DNA of 64,000 nucleotides from Candidatus Levyibacteriota bacterium (GTDB lineage: Bacteria; Patescibacteriota; Microgenomatia; Levybacterales; UBA12049): assembly GCA_016182235.1 (NCBI GenBank), contig JACOXT010000005.1, forward strand, positions 677-64,676. The letters run 5' to 3'. Below, in pieces: positions 8,012 to 16,797 of the stretch. Made by a program: the position numbers and the translations under genes. The number at the start of each line of letters is the position of its first letter. Positions within the stretch are counted from its first letter, which is position 1. The notes beneath the pieces are model-generated. The model saw only the letters and a program-made list of their open reading frames with translations, was not told the DNA's origin and ran no database searches.

Positions 8012-9049
8012 ATGGAAGAAAGCCTGATGCAGATCAAAAACTCTGCTGTTTCAATGATAATTGAGGCAGAGGATCAGAAAGAACTTGAGGAAATCAAGCT
8101 CCAATTCTTGGGAAGAAGCGGAAAATTAACTCTCGCAATGAAGGGAATTACCAAACTTCCCACAGGAGATAGAAGAGAGGTTGGTCAGCTTGCAAACGAG
8201 GTCAAAAGAGTTCTTGAAGAATCTATCAACGAACGAAGCAATTCGCTTAAGACTCAAGAGTCAAAAAAAAGGCGCGAAAAAATTGACATAACCAATCCAG
8301 GAGTAAGACCTGACATTGGCCATATTCACCCAATGTCTCAAGTTCTTTACGAAGTAGTTGATGTATTTAAGGGAATTGGGTTTCAGGCGGCTGACGGACC
8401 AGAAATAGAAACCGATCATTACAATTTCGAGATGTTAAATATACCTTCTGACCATCCAGCAAGAGATACACAACAAACACTTTATCTTGATACAAGGCAG
8501 AGCAAAGTCACGCCAGGGGAAATAATTCTACGAACGCAAACTTCAAGTATGCAGGGAAGAATCATGGAAAAAGTAAAACCTCCTATAAGAATAGTTGTTC
8601 CAGGGAAAAATTTTCGATACGAGCAGGTTGATGCGTCTCATGGATTTGAATTTTGGCAGGTTGAAGGATTTGTGGTTGACTCAAATGTAAGACTAACTGA
8701 CCTATTCGGGACAATTGAATATGTGCTCAAAAAATTAATGGGGGAGAAAACTAAAATAAAATTTGCTACGACTAATTTCCCATTCGTTGAGCCCGGAGTT
8801 GATACATATATTTCATGTACTGTTTGTAACGGACGCGGATGCAGTTTTTGTAAATATAGCACTTGGAGTGAAATTATGCCTGCCGGAATGATCCATCCAA
8901 ATGTCCTTAAGGCAGTTGGATATGATCATCAAAAAGTGGCAGGCTTTGCCTTCGCAATCGGGCTTTCAAGACTGGTAACGCTAAGGTATCAAATGGATGA
9001 TTTAAGACTATTGACAAATCCAGATCTAAGAATTTTGGAACAATTTTAA
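8012..9049 (+). CDS. pheS: Phenylalanine--tRNA ligase alpha subunit
   Basis: GHIHP, NFEMLNIP.DHPARD, LRTQTS, FPFVEPG, GMIHPNVL. Confidence 0.97.
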   Translation: MEESLMQIKNSAVSMIIEAEDQKELEEIKLQFLGRSGKLTLAMKGITKLPTGDRREVGQLANEVKRVLEESINERSNSLKTQESKKRREKIDITNPGVRPDIGHIHPMSQVLYEVVDVFKGIGFQAADGPEIETDHYNFEMLNIPSDHPARDTQQTLYLDTRQSKVTPGEIILRTQTSSMQGRIMEKVKPPIRIVVPGKNFRYEQVDASHGFEFWQVEGFVVDSNVRLTDLFGTIEYVLKKLMGEKTKIKFATTNFPFVEPGVDTYISCTVCNGRGCSFCKYSTWSEIMPAGMIHPNVLKAVGYDHQKVAGFAFAIGLSRLVTLRYQMDDLRLLTNPDLRILEQF

Positions 9050-9051
9050 CT

Positions 9052-10956
9052 ATGCTAGCGCCTTTATCTTGGCTAAAAGAATTTGTTGACATAACATTAA
9101 CGTCTGGTGAATTAGGGGAAAAATTAACCGAAATTGGCCTTGGAGTTGAAAGAATTACAAGGGTTGATAATGATACTATCTTTGAGTTTGAAATCACTCC
9201 TAATCGACCAGATCTACTTTCAATTATTGGGATAGCAAGAGAAATAGCAGCTATCGAAGGCAAGAGGATTAAGTCAAAATCATACGAAATTAAAGTTTCT
9301 CACGCAACAACTCTTCCAATAAAGTTAAATCCAAATTATAAATTATTTCATAGGTGGACCGGAATATCTATTGCAAATGTTTCTATTAAGCCATCTCCGC
9401 AATTTATAAAAGACAGGCTTATAAAAATAGGTCTTAGGCCAATTAATAACGTCATTGATATAACAAACTATGTAATGTTTGAGTTGGGAGTGCCTCTTCA
9501 TGCGTTTGACTATGACGAAATTAAAGGACACGAAATGACGGTTGATCTTGCAAAGGGAGGAGAAAAATTCACATCTGTTGATGAAAAATCCTATCATTTG
9601 CCAAAAGATGCGATTATTATTAAAGATAATGAAAGACTCATAGATCTTGCGGGAATTAAAGGCGGGCTTAATTCAGGTGTAAGTGGTAAGACGAAAAACG
9701 TTTTTCTTCATGTAACAATAGCTAACCCTATGCTAATTAGAAGGGCGTCCATCGCATTGAGCCTCAGAAGCGATGCATCCGCTATTTACGAACGGGGAAC
9801 TAATAAAGGCGGGACAATTGATACGCTAAAACGCGCTGCGACACTCATACAAGAACATGCAGATGGAAAAATAGCAAGTCATCTTTTTGATTTGAAAAAC
9901 CAAGAATTTAAACCATGGAAATTGGCATTGAGGATTTCACGCCTTAATCAAATTATCGGAATAAAAATAGACGAAAAGAAAATAATAGATATTTTAGATT
10001 CGCTGAACTTAAATCCTCATGTCGTCCTGAGCAAGCAAAGCGCGTCGAAAGATCTCATCCTCATAGAATGCACAATCCCAACTTACAGAAACGATCTTAA
10101 AATTGAAGAAGATCTAATTGAAGAAGTTGCGCGTTTATACGGATACAATAATTTTCCAAAAACAATGCCAGTTGGAGAAATTCCAACTAAACGTGTTCCA
10201 TATTTCAAGGATTTTAACATGGAAGAAAATGCAAAAAGTATTCTAACTGCGAGCGGATTTTCTGAAATTTATACTTATAGTTTGGTGGGGGAGGACGATT
10301 TGAAAAGCTTCAATATAAAATCTGAAAACTGCATCAGAGTCGATAACCCAGTAAGTCGTGAATTTGAATATCTAAGACCAACCCTTAAGACAAATCTTTT
10401 AAAAGCTCTAAGACTAAATATGCCAAACTTCAAAAACATAAATCTTTTCGAGCTTGGCAAAGTTTATATAGGAAAACATTTAGATAATGTGAAAGAACAA
10501 TATTTTCTTGCTGGCATCACGAATGTGAAAAACTACTTTGAAGTTAAAGGAACTATTGAGCAACTACTTGAAGATCTGGGAGTAAAGCTTGATCCGACAA
10601 AATATATTGAGGTGTTAGATGAAGGGATATTTTTTGAGTTAAACTTTTCGGAAATTTTGCCTCTTGTAAGTTTAAATAAAAAGTTCAAACCTCTTCCTAA
10701 ATACCCGCCGATTATTGAAGACATGGCAATCGTTGCGAATGCTTCAGTAAAAACTGACGAAATAATAAAAGAAATCAAAAATCAAAATTCGCTTATTGTA
10801 AATGTTTCGCTTTTGGATAGTTTTGAAGAATCACGAACATTTCATGTTGTCTATCAAGATCCCCAAAAAAACTTAACAACAGCTGAGGTCTCCAAAATAC
10901 GCGAAAAAATTATAAATAACCTTAGGGAAAAATTTAAGGTAACTCTGAAAGAATAA
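9052..10956 (+). CDS. pheT: Phenylalanine--tRNA ligase beta subunit (short, lacks the OB-fold B2 domain)
   Basis: SWLKEFV, EITPNRPDLLSIIGIARE, RPINNVIDITNYVM, PTYRNDL..EEDLIEEVARLYGY. Confidence 0.95.
   Translation: MLAPLSWLKEFVDITLTSGELGEKLTEIGLGVERITRVDNDTIFEFEITPNRPDLLSIIGIAREIAAIEGKRIKSKSYEIKVSHATTLPIKLNPNYKLFHRWTGISIANVSIKPSPQFIKDRLIKIGLRPINNVIDITNYVMFELGVPLHAFDYDEIKGHEMTVDLAKGGEKFTSVDEKSYHLPKDAIIIKDNERLIDLAGIKGGLNSGVSGKTKNVFLHVTIANPMLIRRASIALSLRSDASAIYERGTNKGGTIDTLKRAATLIQEHADGKIASHLFDLKNQEFKPWKLALRISRLNQIIGIKIDEKKIIDILDSLNLNPHVVLSKQSASKDLILIECTIPTYRNDLKIEEDLIEEVARLYGYNNFPKTMPVGEIPTKRVPYFKDFNMEENAKSILTASGFSEIYTYSLVGEDDLKSFNIKSENCIRVDNPVSREFEYLRPTLKTNLLKALRLNMPNFKNINLFELGKVYIGKHLDNVKEQYFLAGITNVKNYFEVKGTIEQLLEDLGVKLDPTKYIEVLDEGIFFELNFSEILPLVSLNKKFKPLPKYPPIIEDMAIVANASVKTDEIIKEIKNQNSLIVNVSLLDSFEESRTFHVVYQDPQKNLTTAEVSKIREKIINNLREKFKVTLKE
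10021..10056. repeat. Half REP-like element in frame within pheT
   Basis: GTCGTCCTGAGC...CGAAAGATCTC resembles the left arm of the purH element (GTCATTCTGAG...CGAAGAATCTC); encodes VVLSKQSASKDL. Confidence 0.55.
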
Positions 10957-10995
10957 ATTATCTGCCGCAATATTCTTTTACCAAATAACTAAATC

Positions 10996-11397
10996 TTGAA
11001 AGAAAATCCAAAATATCAAGCTCTAAAAGAACTGGTTGACCCTACCAAAAGAGTCGTTAAAATAGCTATGGAAAAAGTACGAGAAGGAAAAGTTGATGAT
11101 TTAGGACGACAAAGCGTAATATTAAAAAGTAAAGATACTCATAAGCTCTTCGAAATTATTGATACCCACGTAAATCAAAAATCAGGAGATGTTATATCGG
11201 TAGGGCTGCTCAATATGGGGCTTTTCGTATATGAATTCTTACGTGGAGAAAACGAATCATTAACAAATGGAATTGGAATCCAAATACCAAGAAGCGTTGA
11301 TTATGTAAATCTACTCAGTATTTCTTTTTTACGCGGTTTGGATTCAACACAAATTGATCTCTTGGCAGAAGAGCTTTCATCCGCAACAGTTGTTTAA
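10996..11397 (+). CDS. Hypothetical protein
   Basis: 133-aa ORF filling the gap between pheT and PBP1A; no motif recognised. Confidence 0.55.
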   Translation: MKENPKYQALKELVDPTKRVVKIAMEKVREGKVDDLGRQSVILKSKDTHKLFEIIDTHVNQKSGDVISVGLLNMGLFVYEFLRGENESLTNGIGIQIPRSVDYVNLLSISFLRGLDSTQIDLLAEELSSATVV

Positions 11398-11400
11398 TTT

Positions 11401-13797
11401 TTACGGAGCTAGAGTAGGAGTCGGTGTTGGGGTAGGAGTCAACGTAACCTCTGGCGTAGGTGTCGGAGTAGGGGTATCGGAAACGACTCGGGTAGATTGT
11501 TCTGTCGGCGGATGGTATAAAGGATCGTCTTTGTGATTTTCATTCACCCACTCATTAATTCCTTCCTGCCAGCGATTTTTCCCGTCCCCAGATATCGGGT
11601 CATTCTCGGAAAATACGACAAACTTGCGAGCTTCATATTCATTTTTGTCAATCTCGCTTTGACTGGCAAGCTTATTGGTATCTTCTTTTGAAACCTTAAC
11701 GTCTTTGTATATCGGGCTTAGTCCCTGAGGCTCTGTACCTTTTATAAAATATTCTGTTCTTGTAGGTCGCCCATCAACCGGCAATCCCCCTCCCAAAGCA
11801 TCAACAGTTACGGCAATTACATTTTCTGGTTGTTCAAAATCTTCTGCCGGTTTTCCTGACAAAGCTTCTATAATTATTCTACGCCAAATTGGAGCGGCCC
11901 CTGTAACTCCTGACGCCACATTTCCCATCGGGCTATTGTCATTATTTCCAACCCAGGTCGCGACCAGTATATTTGGCGTCCAGCCAATTGTCCAATTATC
12001 TCTTTTGTCATCCGTTGTTCCAGTTTTTACCGAAATCGGCCGGCCTCCAATATTTAAATAGCTATTTGGCCCAAATGTCAGAAGTCTTGCATTATTATCC
12101 AAAAGTATATGGGAAATTATAAAAGCTACTTCGCTACTTAATACTCTTCTTTTTGTAGTATCTTTCTTTTCAAATAAAATCTTTCCTTTTGGGTCAGTGA
12201 CCTTGAGGATTGCTATCGGATCACTTCTATATCCTCCATTCGCAAATGCCGTATAGGCCGAAGCAAGTTCCAAGGGCCTTACATCTCCACCTCCTAAGGT
12301 CAGAGACAAACCAAAACGATTTACATTATCATCTGTTGGAGCAAATGTAGAAATGCCCATATCATAAGAGGTGGCCAGCATATTTTTAACTCCAATTAAA
12401 GCCAGGAGTTTCACAGCAGGAACATTAATTGATGAGCCAAGAGCAAATCGAAGTTGCAATGGCCCCCGGAATTTATCATCATAGTTTTTAGGAATATAAT
12501 CCTCGTCTGTGGGATTTGGAAAAACAGTTCTGGTATCCATTATGAGAGTCGAAGCCGTATGCCCGCGATTGAGTGCTGTGGCATAAGCAACAGGTTTTAT
12601 TGAAGAGCCCGGCTGACGAAGACCCTGGGTGATTACGTTAAACTGTCCTTCAAATTCAGTGTTGTCTTTTAGATCCCCCGACCCTGTCGCAAAGAAATCG
12701 CGACTGCCAACCATCGTCAAAATTTCACCGCTTTTCGGATCCAAAACTACGCTTGCCCCATTTCCTACCTTTAAATTTCTTGCCTTTTCAACTTCTTCCA
12801 GAACAATTGCTTCAGCTTTTTCCTGCAGCCTATAATCAAGAGTTGTAGTAACTTGTAAACCTCCTTGCTCAACAAAATTCTCCCCAAACTGCTCAATCAA
12901 CAAATCTTTTACATAAAAAGAAAAATGAGGAGCTTTTATTGACTGATCCTTCACAATAAATACAACATCGGAAAGAGCCGAAACTGCATCTTTTTCCTGT
13001 TTTTTTGTTATATATTTATCTTCGTGCATGCGACGTAATACTTCCGTAGTTCGCGTGATATATGATTTTGGGTTTTGGCCAAAAGGAGAGTAATACGAGG
13101 GGCGCTGTGGAAGCCCGGCAAGAATCGCTGACTCAACTAAATTTAGGTCCTTTGCTTTCTTTCCGAAGTACCTTTCAGAACCCGCTTCAACTCCCACAGC
13201 TGTGCCTCCATAAGGGGTAGCGTTTAAATAAAGCTCTAAAATTTGATCTTTTGAATACTTGCGGTCAACCTGTATCGCTAAAATAAATTCCTTAATCTTT
13301 CTTGGGATTGTTCGCTCGGGAGATAAAAGCGTATTTTTAACAAGCTGTTGAGTTAAGGTTGACGCTCCTGTAATTCGCTGAAACAAAACAGCATCTCTTA
13401 AAGCCCTAAGATATCCCCAAATAGAAAACCCTTGATTTTGATAAAAATCCTTATCTTCGATAGCAATTGTTGCTTGCTGAAGTTGTTTTGGAATTTTGTC
13501 AAGCGTGACATACGTACGATTTTCTTCTTCAAAAATGTCATAAAGAAGTAAACCGTTTCGATCATAAATCCTTGTGGATTGGGGCAGATTGGCTCGCGAA
13601 AGTTTCTCTGGGGTAGGTAAATCACGCCCATACCAAAAGAATAAGACTACGGTTAAAATAAAAATCCCAATAATGCCAAAAAATGCAAATCTGGCAATTT
13701 TGCTGTAAATAAAGATCCGCGAAGAGTATCTAAACCTTATCTGTCTCCTACTTAACCCCCTATTTGTATTATAATAAACCACAAAGATATTATACAA
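11401..13797 (-). CDS. Class A penicillin-binding protein (PBP1A, transglycosylase/transpeptidase) with Pro-Thr tail
   Basis: AIEDKDFY, GASTLTQQLVKN, RKIKE, RQPGSSIKP, S.N, KTGTT; true start probably GTG 13782. Confidence 0.95.
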   Translation of the reverse strand: MYNIFVVYYNTNRGLSRRQIRFRYSSRIFIYSKIARFAFFGIIGIFILTVVLFFWYGRDLPTPEKLSRANLPQSTRIYDRNGLLLYDIFEEENRTYVTLDKIPKQLQQATIAIEDKDFYQNQGFSIWGYLRALRDAVLFQRITGASTLTQQLVKNTLLSPERTIPRKIKEFILAIQVDRKYSKDQILELYLNATPYGGTAVGVEAGSERYFGKKAKDLNLVESAILAGLPQRPSYYSPFGQNPKSYITRTTEVLRRMHEDKYITKKQEKDAVSALSDVVFIVKDQSIKAPHFSFYVKDLLIEQFGENFVEQGGLQVTTTLDYRLQEKAEAIVLEEVEKARNLKVGNGASVVLDPKSGEILTMVGSRDFFATGSGDLKDNTEFEGQFNVITQGLRQPGSSIKPVAYATALNRGHTASTLIMDTRTVFPNPTDEDYIPKNYDDKFRGPLQLRFALGSSINVPAVKLLALIGVKNMLATSYDMGISTFAPTDDNVNRFGLSLTLGGGDVRPLELASAYTAFANGGYRSDPIAILKVTDPKGKILFEKKDTTKRRVLSSEVAFIISHILLDNNARLLTFGPNSYLNIGGRPISVKTGTTDDKRDNWTIGWTPNILVATWVGNNDNSPMGNVASGVTGAAPIWRRIIIEALSGKPAEDFEQPENVIAVTVDALGGGLPVDGRPTRTEYFIKGTEPQGLSPIYKDVKVSKEDTNKLASQSEIDKNEYEARKFVVFSENDPISGDGKNRWQEGINEWVNENHKDDPLYHPPTEQSTRVVSDTPTPTPTPEVTLTPTPTPTPTLAP

Positions 13798-13828
13798 CTT
13801 TAAATGCCTAATATGCTATACTTTGGCT

Positions 13829-15040
13829 ATGGATAAGATTGGGGAATTATTGACTAGGGGAGTTGAAAAGATTTACCCATCAAAAGAAGAGCTTGAGAAA
13901 GCATTAAGAAGCGGGAGAAAATTAAAACTTTATCAAGGTTTTGATCCCACTGGTATTCAGCTTCATATCGGACACATGGTTGGACTTCGAAAACTAAGGC
14001 AGTGGCAGGATTTAGGACACCATGTTATTTTTTTAATAGGAGATGGGACAGGATTGGCAGGTGATCCCTCGGGAAAAAAACACAAAAGAGAAAAATTTCT
14101 AACTCGAGAGGAACTTCGCAAGAATTCTACTGATTATATAAAGCAAGCAGGAAAAATAGTAAGATTTGAGGAAGTAAATCCGGTTGAGATATTGTTCAAT
14201 GGTGACTGGTTAACCAAACTAATACTTTCTGACATTTTGGAAATTGCGGGACATTTTACACTTCAACAGCTCTCTGAAAGAGATTTGTTTACTGACCGAA
14301 TAAAAAGAGGAGAGGATGTTAATCTCCGCGAATTTTTGTATCCGCTACTTCAGGCATACGATTCAGTGGCGATGGATGTAGATTTAGAAATCGGCGGAAC
14401 GGACCAAACTTTCAATATGCTTTGCGGAAGATCATTAATAAAACAAATGAAGAATAAAGATAAATTTGTTATGACAACTCCACTCTTAACTGACTCAAAA
14501 GGTGTGAAAATCGGCAAAACCGAAGGCAATGTAATTGCCCTAACAGACAAGCCGGAAGATCTTTTTGGTAAAATCATGGCACTTCCTGACGATGTAACAT
14601 TAAAAGGATTTGAGTATTTAACGAGTGTGCCAATGGACGAGGTAAAAAAAATTGAACAAAAAATGGATTCCATGAGTCAAAAGAAACGCTTAGCATTTGA
14701 GATTGTAAAAGAATTAAATTCCGACAATGAAGCTAAAAAGGCACAGATTTATTTTGAAAAAACAGTCCAAGAAAAAGAAAAACCATCGGAAATAAAAGCA
14801 GTTGAGTTGCCCACAAGTTTCACATCATCCGCAACTATAGCAGAGGTTCTCAATGCCATAGGCACAGTAAGTAGTATATCTGAGGGCAAAAGGGTAACGA
14901 TTCAAGGAGGTACATCAATAAACGATCAGAGAATTACAGATCCAAATGAACCAATCTACCCCTTTCTAAAAACAGGAGAAGCTTTAGTTCAAACCGGCAA
15001 ACATAAATTTGTAAAAATCATAACTACTCCTGATTCATAA
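13829..15040 (+). CDS. tyrS: Tyrosine--tRNA ligase
   Basis: GFDPTG..LHIGH, YPLLQAYD, GGTDQTFN, KIGKT, C-terminal S4-like domain. Confidence 0.96.
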   Translation: MDKIGELLTRGVEKIYPSKEELEKALRSGRKLKLYQGFDPTGIQLHIGHMVGLRKLRQWQDLGHHVIFLIGDGTGLAGDPSGKKHKREKFLTREELRKNSTDYIKQAGKIVRFEEVNPVEILFNGDWLTKLILSDILEIAGHFTLQQLSERDLFTDRIKRGEDVNLREFLYPLLQAYDSVAMDVDLEIGGTDQTFNMLCGRSLIKQMKNKDKFVMTTPLLTDSKGVKIGKTEGNVIALTDKPEDLFGKIMALPDDVTLKGFEYLTSVPMDEVKKIEQKMDSMSQKKRLAFEIVKELNSDNEAKKAQIYFEKTVQEKEKPSEIKAVELPTSFTSSATIAEVLNAIGTVSSISEGKRVTIQGGTSINDQRITDPNEPIYPFLKTGEALVQTGKHKFVKIITTPDS

Positions 15041-15065
15041 TTCTTGATTCATGATTCACAATTCA
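15031..15065. repeat. Degenerate 7-mer tandem repeat (TGATTCA x5) at the tyrS-purH junction
   Basis: TGATTCA TAATTCT TGATTCA TGATTCA CAATTCA. Confidence 0.8.
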
Positions 15066-15070
15066 TCTTT

Positions 15071-16663
15071 ATGAAATACGCTCTCTTAAGTGTTTTTGAT
15101 AAAACAGGAATTATTGAACTTGCGAAAAAACTTTTAGATTTAGGGTACAAAATCATCTCAACTGGCGGAACTGCAAAAGAACTTATTAAAAAAAATATTA
15201 AAGTAATACCTGTTCAGGAAATTACTGGGAACCCGGAAAGCTTCGATGGTAGGATGAAGACAATTAGTTTTGAGATTGAATCGGGTATTCTTTTTGATCG
15301 AACAAATAAATCCCACGTTAAAGAAGCAAAAGACCTAAATATAAAGCCAATCGATATTGTTGTCTGCAATCTTTATCCATTTGAAAAAACGATTGCAAAT
15401 CCTAAAGTGTCAGTTGAAACTGCAGTTGAAAATATTGACGTTGGCGGTCCAACTATGATACGTGCTGCCGCGAAGAATTTTAAAAATGTCTTGGTCGTGG
15501 TCGATCCAAAGGATTATCAAAGAGTAATTTCGTTTTGTCATTCTGAGTCACGCCATAGGCGGACGAAGAATCTCGAGAGATCCTTCGCTAATGCTCAGGA
15601 TGACATCCGAAGAGAGCTTGCGGCAAAAGCCTTTGCCCATTTGTCTCTATATGATTCACAAATTGCAAAATTCTTAGAGAAAGAGATTTTTCCTTCGGAA
15701 ATAACCATTCCAGGAAGAAAAGTTAACGATCTTAGATATGGAGAAAATCCTCATCAAAAAGCCTCCTTCTATTTAGAACCAAACACAAACTCTCTCTTTA
15801 AAAACCTTAAAAAAATCGTCGGACGGGAATTATCCTTCGTCAATCTAACCGATATAAACGCAGGGTTAGAATCAGTGAGGCTATTTAGAGAACCTTGTGC
15901 TGCCATAATTAAGCATAATAGCCCATGCGGTATTGCATTAGGAAAAAACATTTCTCAGGCCTTAGAAAGGGCAATTGATGCAGATCCCGAGTCTGCGTTT
16001 GGTGGGACAACTGTACTGAATAAGCCCATGGATTTAAAAACAGCAAAAGTAATTGGAGAATTCAAAAATAAAAAGAGAGCGAATATTGATATAATTGCAG
16101 CGCCGCAAATTACAAAAGACGCCTTGGAATATTTAGTAGAGGTTAGAAAAAGTATGGGAATCTATTCCTTCGGAAAAACTATGAACTATGAACCAAGAGC
16201 TATGAACATCAAGCACATCGCTGGAGGATTTATTCTGCAAACACCTGATAACGATATTGAAAAAGGATTTAGGGCTTGGAAGGTGGTAACAAGGAAGAAA
16301 CCTTCTCCAGAAGAAATAAAACAGATGAAAATTGCTTGGAAATTTATTTCAAGAATTAGGTCGAATGCCGTCATCGTTGTTGACAAAGATTTGCCAATGA
16401 CTCGAGGAATAGGATCTGGACAAACTTCTAGAATTAAGTCTACGAGAATTGCTTTAGAACAGGGAGGAAAATATTCTCAAGACGGCATCCTTGCCAGTGA
16501 CAGCTTCTTTCCTTTCGATGATAGTGTAAAACTTGCTGCCAAATACGGCATTTCGGGAATTGTTCAGCAAGGGGGATCAATAAACGACATTCTCTCAATC
16601 GAAGCCGCAAACAACGCAAATGTCTCCATGGTTTTTACCGGCAGACGCGCCTTCTGGCACTAG
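15071..16663 (+). CDS. purH: Bifunctional AICAR transformylase/IMP cyclohydrolase
   Basis: ALLSVFDKTG, STGGTA, NLYPF, NIDVGGPTMIRAAAKN, LRYGENPHQ, ASDSFFPF. Confidence 0.96.
   Translation: MKYALLSVFDKTGIIELAKKLLDLGYKIISTGGTAKELIKKNIKVIPVQEITGNPESFDGRMKTISFEIESGILFDRTNKSHVKEAKDLNIKPIDIVVCNLYPFEKTIANPKVSVETAVENIDVGGPTMIRAAAKNFKNVLVVVDPKDYQRVISFCHSESRHRRTKNLERSFANAQDDIRRELAAKAFAHLSLYDSQIAKFLEKEIFPSEITIPGRKVNDLRYGENPHQKASFYLEPNTNSLFKNLKKIVGRELSFVNLTDINAGLESVRLFREPCAAIIKHNSPCGIALGKNISQALERAIDADPESAFGGTTVLNKPMDLKTAKVIGEFKNKKRANIDIIAAPQITKDALEYLVEVRKSMGIYSFGKTMNYEPRAMNIKHIAGGFILQTPDNDIEKGFRAWKVVTRKKPSPEEIKQMKIAWKFISRIRSNAVIVVDKDLPMTRGIGSGQTSRIKSTRIALEQGGKYSQDGILASDSFFPFDDSVKLAAKYGISGIVQQGGSINDILSIEAANNANVSMVFTGRRAFWH
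15536..15605. repeat. 70-nt palindromic REP-like insertion in frame within purH
   Basis: TGTCATTCTGAG...CTCAGGATGACA outer stem, CGAAGAATCTC/GAGATCCTTCG inner stem; encodes CHSESRHRRTKNLERSFANAQDD. Confidence 0.85.
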
Positions 16664-16689
16664 TAGACCTATTGTGGTAAAATATTTTT

Positions 16690-16791
16690 ATGGAAATGTT
16701 TAATAAGCATAAGTGGATTTGGAAGATTATTGTAGTTATTTCAACTATTGCGCTTATTGCTACATCTTTTCTTCCATTCTTTAGCCTTTAG
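16690..16791 (+). CDS. Small single-pass membrane protein (33 aa, MEMFNKHKWIWKIIVVISTIALIATSFLPFFSL)
   Basis: Hand-translated, below the ORF-track cutoff; TG-G-TAAAAT -10 just upstream; ends 6 nt before recG. Confidence 0.65.
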   Translation: MEMFNKHKWIWKIIVVISTIALIATSFLPFFSL

Positions 16792-16797
16792 CTTAGT

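Noticed and set aside
11404..11480. Repeat at the PBP1A 3' end and antisense GV-repeat ORF 11354-11536
   Set aside because: Ordinary Pro-Thr low-complexity tail; the antisense ORF is its shadow
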